From sequence record SRR20825006_1326: a stretch of 64,000 bases of DNA; one strand, 5' to 3'. Each line of letters starts with the position of its first letter. The stretch's first letter is position 1. Below, piece by piece: positions 59,546 through 64,000 of the stretch. The translations under genes were made by a program, and so were the position numbers. A model generated the notes under the pieces. The model was not told where the DNA came from, ran no database searches, and was given only the letters and a program-made list of their open reading frames with translations.

Positions 59546-61654
59546 CTAGCCCGCTTTGATCAGTGGGATAGCGAGATCTTTCCGGAACAAATAGAGCAGG
59601 GTGCGCACCGCGTCCCCTTTTGGGCCAGACAGGCCTGGATTGCTTTCAATCATATTGGCCGCATCTTCATGCGCCATATCCAACAAATCCCGATGAAAAT
59701 CAGGTATGGCGATGCGATAACCTGGCATGCCCGATTGCCGTGTGCCCAGCAGATCGCCTTCACCGCGCAACTCCAAATCGCGCTCAGCAATCTTAAACCC
59801 GTCCTCGGTTTCCTTAATAGTTTCCAACCGCTTCTGCGCAATCTCGCTCAGGTTTTCCCCATGCAACAGCAGGCAGGCGGACTTTTTGCTGCCCCGGCCA
59901 ACGCGGCCACGCAACTGATGCAATTGCGACAGGCCAAACCGTTCCGCATGTTCAATGATCATTATGCTGGCGTTTGGCACATCGACGCCCACTTCAATCA
60001 CCGTGGTCGCGACCAAAATTTGCAACTCGCCAGCCGCAAATTGCTCCATCACCGCCTGTTTATCCGCAGCGGCCATGCGCCCATGCACAAGGCCAACACG
60101 GCCCGGAAACGCTTGATTGAGCGCTTTGAACCGATCTTCCGCCGAAGTGGCATTTAAATGTTCCGATTCCTCAACCAACGGACACACCCAGAAAGCTTGA
60201 ACCCCTTCATGCATCCGCTGTCCTAACCGCGCGACAACGCGGTCATAGTCTTTTTCTGAAAGAATGGCCGTATCAATCGGTTGCCGCCCCTTAGGCTTAT
60301 CGGTCAGCAAGCTAACATCCATGTCGCCGAAATGGGTCAGCACCAAGGTGCGCGGAATGGGCGTGGCGGTCATCACCAACAATTCGGTCTTGCGGCCCTT
60401 ATCAGATAAGGCCAAGCGCTGATGCACACCAAATCGGTGCTGCTCGTCCACAACAGTTAGACCCAACTGCTGAAACTCAATGCTGGATTGAAACAGGGCA
60501 TGAGTGCCCACCACAATATCAATCTCGCCATCTGCGATTTTCGCTTGGATCGCGCGGCGTTCTCCTTGCGGCATTTTCCCGGTCAGCAAAGCGACTTTCA
60601 GTCCCACCTGATCGCAAATGGCCGAAATGGAATGGAAATGCTGTGTCGCCAAAATCTCCGTGGGCGCCATCAACGCACTTTGCGCACCACTTTCGGCCAT
60701 GGCCGCCATCGCCAGCAGCGCGACGACTGTCTTGCCAGCCCCCACATCGCCTTGGATCAACCGCGCCATTTTCCGCTTCTGTCGCAAATCGGCGTAAATA
60801 TCGGTAAGAGCAGATTCTTGCCCCGGCGTCAGGCTAAAGGGCAGGGCATCGCGCACTTTCTCCGCCAGTGCACCGCTAAACTCGCGAGCAATGCCGGTTT
60901 CCCGCGTCAGGGTTGAACGCACGATCTGCAAGGTCAACTGCCCGGCCAAATATTCATCATAGGCCAACCGCGCCCGCGCAGCGCCATCCAGCGCCGCTTC
61001 ACCGGGCGTACCGGGCATATGGGTTTGCCGCATCGCATCTGCAAAGCTTGGCCAGCCATTTAAGGTGAGACGATTTTCAGGCACCCATTCTGGCATTTCC
61101 GGCATTTGCGCCAAGGCATCGCGCACCGCACCTTGAAGCTTTTTCGCATTCAGCCCTTGGGTCAACGGATAAATCGGCTCAACCAGAGGCATTTCATCAA
61201 ATTGATCTGGCTTCACCACAAAATCAGGATGGTTGATCTGCTTTTGCCCCTGAAACGCCGTCACCATGCCAGAGACATATCGTTGCTCGCCTTCGGGCAG
61301 CGTCTTTTCCAACCATGCGGCGCGTCCTGCAAAATAGGTCAGCATCATCTCGCCGGTGTCATCATGGGCGATAATGCGATAGGGCACACGTTTGTTGCCG
61401 CGTGGTGGCGCACGATGTTGATCAATGGACAGCAAAAAAGTGGAAATGGCACCCGGTTGCGCAAATGCCGCTCCTGGTTGGTGACGCCGATCCACCAGCC
61501 CCGCAGGCATATGCATCAGCAAATCCAACAGAATCGCGTCTTGCCCTTCAGGCGCGCCGAAAAAGCGAGCCATGGTTTGGGCCAGTTGGGGGCCGATTCC
61601 CTTTAATTTCTTGACCGATGCAAAAAGCGGGGTGAGTTGTTGCGGCCGCGCCAC
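59546..61654 (-). CDS. recG: ATP-dependent DNA helicase RecG
   Basis: QGDVGAGKT, DEQHRFGV, MTATPIPRT, QLHQLRGRVGRG. Start GTG 61654 (after GAAGGA) or ATG 61669. Confidence 0.98.
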   Translation of the reverse strand: MARPQQLTPLFASVKKLKGIGPQLAQTMARFFGAPEGQDAILLDLLMHMPAGLVDRRHQPGAAFAQPGAISTFLLSIDQHRAPPRGNKRVPYRIIAHDDTGEMMLTYFAGRAAWLEKTLPEGEQRYVSGMVTAFQGQKQINHPDFVVKPDQFDEMPLVEPIYPLTQGLNAKKLQGAVRDALAQMPEMPEWVPENRLTLNGWPSFADAMRQTHMPGTPGEAALDGAARARLAYDEYLAGQLTLQIVRSTLTRETGIAREFSGALAEKVRDALPFSLTPGQESALTDIYADLRQKRKMARLIQGDVGAGKTVVALLAMAAMAESGAQSALMAPTEILATQHFHSISAICDQVGLKVALLTGKMPQGERRAIQAKIADGEIDIVVGTHALFQSSIEFQQLGLTVVDEQHRFGVHQRLALSDKGRKTELLVMTATPIPRTLVLTHFGDMDVSLLTDKPKGRQPIDTAILSEKDYDRVVARLGQRMHEGVQAFWVCPLVEESEHLNATSAEDRFKALNQAFPGRVGLVHGRMAAADKQAVMEQFAAGELQILVATTVIEVGVDVPNASIMIIEHAERFGLSQLHQLRGRVGRGSKKSACLLLHGENLSEIAQKRLETIKETEDGFKIAERDLELRGEGDLLGTRQSGMPGYRIAIPDFHRDLLDMAHEDAANMIESNPGLSGPKGDAVRTLLYLFRKDLAIPLIKAG

Positions 61655-61802
61655 GCCATATCCTTCCATAAATGTTCATAAATCAGAACAAGTACGTCTA
61701 CATCAGCCTAAAGGGGCAAAAAAATCAATCAGCCTGCTGACAAATCCAACGATTGATAATATTGAAGGCGTCACTTCCTTTCGCGTCTTCTAAGGTGATG
61801 CC

Positions 61803-62108
61803 ATGACCAGCACCAACATGAACAACCCAACCGACCAAGCTCACCTCGACCGCTTGAAGCGCATCAAATATCGCGCCAACCATCGCGGCACGCAGGAGAT
61901 GGACATCATTTTGGGTGGTTTTGTGGATCAGGAAATTCGGAATTTTGACGCGGCTATGTTGGATCGTTTGGAAAATCTGATGAACGAGACAGACGCTGAT
62001 CTTTATCAGTGGATCATCGGTCAGCCCGGCACCACACAATGTCAGGATGTTGAATTGCTCGACATGATCATCGCCTATCAGCGCGACAAAGTGCGGTCGG
62101 GAGACTAG
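61803..62108 (+). CDS. sdhE: Succinate dehydrogenase flavinylation factor (SdhE/Sdh5)
   Basis: YRANHRGTQEMDIILGGF (RGxxE motif) and D.DLYQW; lies between recG and mfd. Confidence 0.9.
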   Translation: MTSTNMNNPTDQAHLDRLKRIKYRANHRGTQEMDIILGGFVDQEIRNFDAAMLDRLENLMNETDADLYQWIIGQPGTTQCQDVELLDMIIAYQRDKVRSGD

Positions 62109-62110
62109 CA

Positions 62111-64000
62111 ATGGCCGAGCAGGGCGACAGCTTCAGCCTAATCCCCAGCACCTATTTGTGTGGCGTACCAGATGGCATGCAGCCAATTGTGGTCAGCCAG
62201 CAATTGGAACAATTGCAGCAAGGTGCACCCAATGCACCTGCCGCTGTATTTGTTGCACGTGATGGTCGGCGGATGCAGAAAATGGCTGAACATCTGCGTC
62301 GGCTTTGCCCAAAACATGATGTGCTGCTGTTCCCCGCGTGGGATTGTTTGCCTTATGACCGTGTGTCGCCAAATGCGGGCGTGTTGGCCGAACGGATGAC
62401 CACGTTGGCCCAACTGGCTTCTGGCAACAATGCGGGCAAAATTGTCGTCACCGCCGTCAACGCGATCGTGCAGAAAACCTTGCCACCAGAATTGGTGCAG
62501 CAATTTGCACTGTTCTTTAAAGTCGGCGAAAATATCGGCACTGAAAAGCTGATCGAATGGGCAAGCGTCAATGGTTATCTGCGGGTCCCAACGGTGCGAG
62601 AAGAAGGCGAGTTTGCCGTGCGCGGTGGCCTTGTTGATCTTTACCCCGCTGGCGCTGAAGCGCCGTTGCGGTTCGATTTTTTTGGCGCATCGCTGGAAAC
62701 AATCCGGACTTTTGATCCTGAAACACAGCGCACCTTGGCGCAGCAAAAATCTGCGGCTTTGGTGCCCATGAGCGAAGTGGTGCTCACGCCAGAAGCAATC
62801 TCAACCTTCCGCCGTGCCTATACCCGCCAATTTGGCGGCGACACGGCGAATGATCCGCTTTATGCCGCCATCAGCGCTGGGCAGCGCTTTGCGGGCATGG
62901 AACATTGGCTGCCCTTCTTTTATGAAGATATGGGCAATTTCCGCGATTTCACAGGCGAGGCGACTTGGGTTTTGGACGATCAGGTCAGCCAAGCCATTTC
63001 GGAGCGCATGGCGCAAGTTGCGGATTATTACGAAGCGCGCTTTGAGGCCCTAAGCGAACCGCAAACAGGCGGAGCGCCCTATAAGCCGCTACCGCCAGAT
63101 TTGCTTTATGATTTGCAGGACGACACAGCAGAATGGCTTGGCACCAAGCTGCTTCAAATCACGCCATTCCATTCGCTGGAGCGTCCAGATGCGGACGTGA
63201 AGCCTCTGGATGGCCAATTGGTCGCCAACTTCTCACAAGAACGGCAAGCCAAAGACACCAATGTGTTTGAGGCCGTGATCAACCGCATTAAAACCAAGCA
63301 GGCAGAAGGCAAACGCGCCATCATTGCCTGCTGGAGTGAAGGCACGCGCGACCGTATGGCGCAAGTGCTCAAAGATCATGAATATGAGAATCTAAATCTC
63401 ATTCAGTTCTGGCAGCAAACCCAAGAATTGGGAAAACATACAATCGGTTTGATTGTCCTTGGCCTCGAATCTGGATTTGAAACTGACAGCCAATTTGTCC
63501 TGTCAGAGCAAGATATTCTGGGCGAACGGATCATTCGCTCGCGCAAACGCAAAAAGGGCGCAGATGCCATCACAGAAGCCAGCGGTTTGGCTGCTGGCGA
63601 TTTGGTGGTGCATGTGGATCACGGCATTGGTCGCTTTGTAGGCCTTAAGGCTATTGAGGTCACTGGCGCACCTCATGATTGTGTTGAAATCGAATATGCC
63701 AAAGGCGATCGTCTTTATTTGCCTGTCGAAAATATTGAACTTTTGTCGCGCTATGGGTCTGAAGGTGGCGCGGGCGTATTGGACAAGTTGGGCGGCGTTG
63801 CGTGGCAAGCCAAGAAGTCTAAGCTCAAGCAACGCATTCGGGAGATGGCCGATCAATTGATCAAGGTCGCCGCTGCACGCGAATTGACCAAAGGCGATGT
63901 AATCGAGCCAACGACAGGGCTTTACGAAGAATTTTGCGCGCGCTTCCCGTTTGAAGAAACTGACGACCAGCTCAACGCCATCGATTCTGTGTTTGAAGAC
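62111..64000 (+). CDS. mfd: Transcription-repair coupling factor (3'-truncated; absent from the ORF track because it runs off the window)
   Basis: Translation from ATG 62111 gives FPAWDCLPYDRVSPN, VREEGEFAVRGGLVD, GDLVVHVDHGIGRF, LYLPVENIELLSRY, FPFEETDDQ. Confidence 0.96.
   Translation, partial: MAEQGDSFSLIPSTYLCGVPDGMQPIVVSQQLEQLQQGAPNAPAAVFVARDGRRMQKMAEHLRRLCPKHDVLLFPAWDCLPYDRVSPNAGVLAERMTTLAQLASGNNAGKIVVTAVNAIVQKTLPPELVQQFALFFKVGENIGTEKLIEWASVNGYLRVPTVREEGEFAVRGGLVDLYPAGAEAPLRFDFFGASLETIRTFDPETQRTLAQQKSAALVPMSEVVLTPEAISTFRRAYTRQFGGDTANDPLYAAISAGQRFAGMEHWLPFFYEDMGNFRDFTGEATWVLDDQVSQAISERMAQVADYYEARFEALSEPQTGGAPYKPLPPDLLYDLQDDTAEWLGTKLLQITPFHSLERPDADVKPLDGQLVANFSQERQAKDTNVFEAVINRIKTKQAEGKRAIIACWSEGTRDRMAQVLKDHEYENLNLIQFWQQTQELGKHTIGLIVLGLESGFETDSQFVLSEQDILGERIIRSRKRKKGADAITEASGLAAGDLVVHVDHGIGRFVGLKAIEVTGAPHDCVEIEYAKGDRLYLPVENIELLSRYGSEGGAGVLDKLGGVAWQAKKSKLKQRIREMADQLIKVAAARELTKGDVIEPTTGLYEEFCARFPFEETDDQLNAIDSVFED

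Noticed and set aside
62138-63860. Short ORFs listed in the track at the right end
   Set aside because: The region is occupied by mfd (from 62111), which the track missed because it has no stop codon within the window.
1-64000. CRISPR arrays, IS elements, integrases, prophage genes, rRNA, epimerisation or methyltransferase domains, MbtH-like gene
   Set aside because: None recognised by eye. Short or degenerate examples could have been missed without computational searches.

Overview
Alphaproteobacterial chromosome segment; the housekeeping proteins look Hyphomicrobiales/Devosiaceae-like, which is inference only. Core genes lie at both ends: pgi on the left; tRNA-Lys(UUU), glmU, glmS, DUF502, recG, sdhE and mfd on the right. 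Between them is a ~48-kb secondary-metabolite locus (~6.4-54.1 kb) abutting the 3' end of tRNA-Lys. Five overlapping minus-strand megasynthase genes encode two separate assembly lines. Line 1 is an 8-module NRPS: A-T-C(urea)-A-T / C-A-T-C-A-T / C-A-T-C-A-T-Cy-A-T-Ox / C-A-T-TE. Manually read specificity codes suggest aromatic-CO-X-(Ile/Leu/Val)-Gly-Arg-Pro-thiazole(Cys)-Gln. Line 2 is an A(Ile/Val)-T-C-A(Pro)-T-KS-KR-ACP-ACP-TE hybrid with no AT domain. Accessory genes encode a TauD-type dioxygenase, a GSCFA protein, an SGNH-like protein, a PPTase, a type II TE, an MFS transporter, a peptide ABC importer, a LysR regulator and one orphan protein. The layout matches the detoxin/rimosamide/chitinimide/pseudovibriamide family of convergently assembled depsipeptides. 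The ureido plus thiazole octapeptide arm is a combination I do not recognise from a characterised member. All domain and substrate calls were made by eye from motifs; no searches were run. Domain boundaries are approximate.
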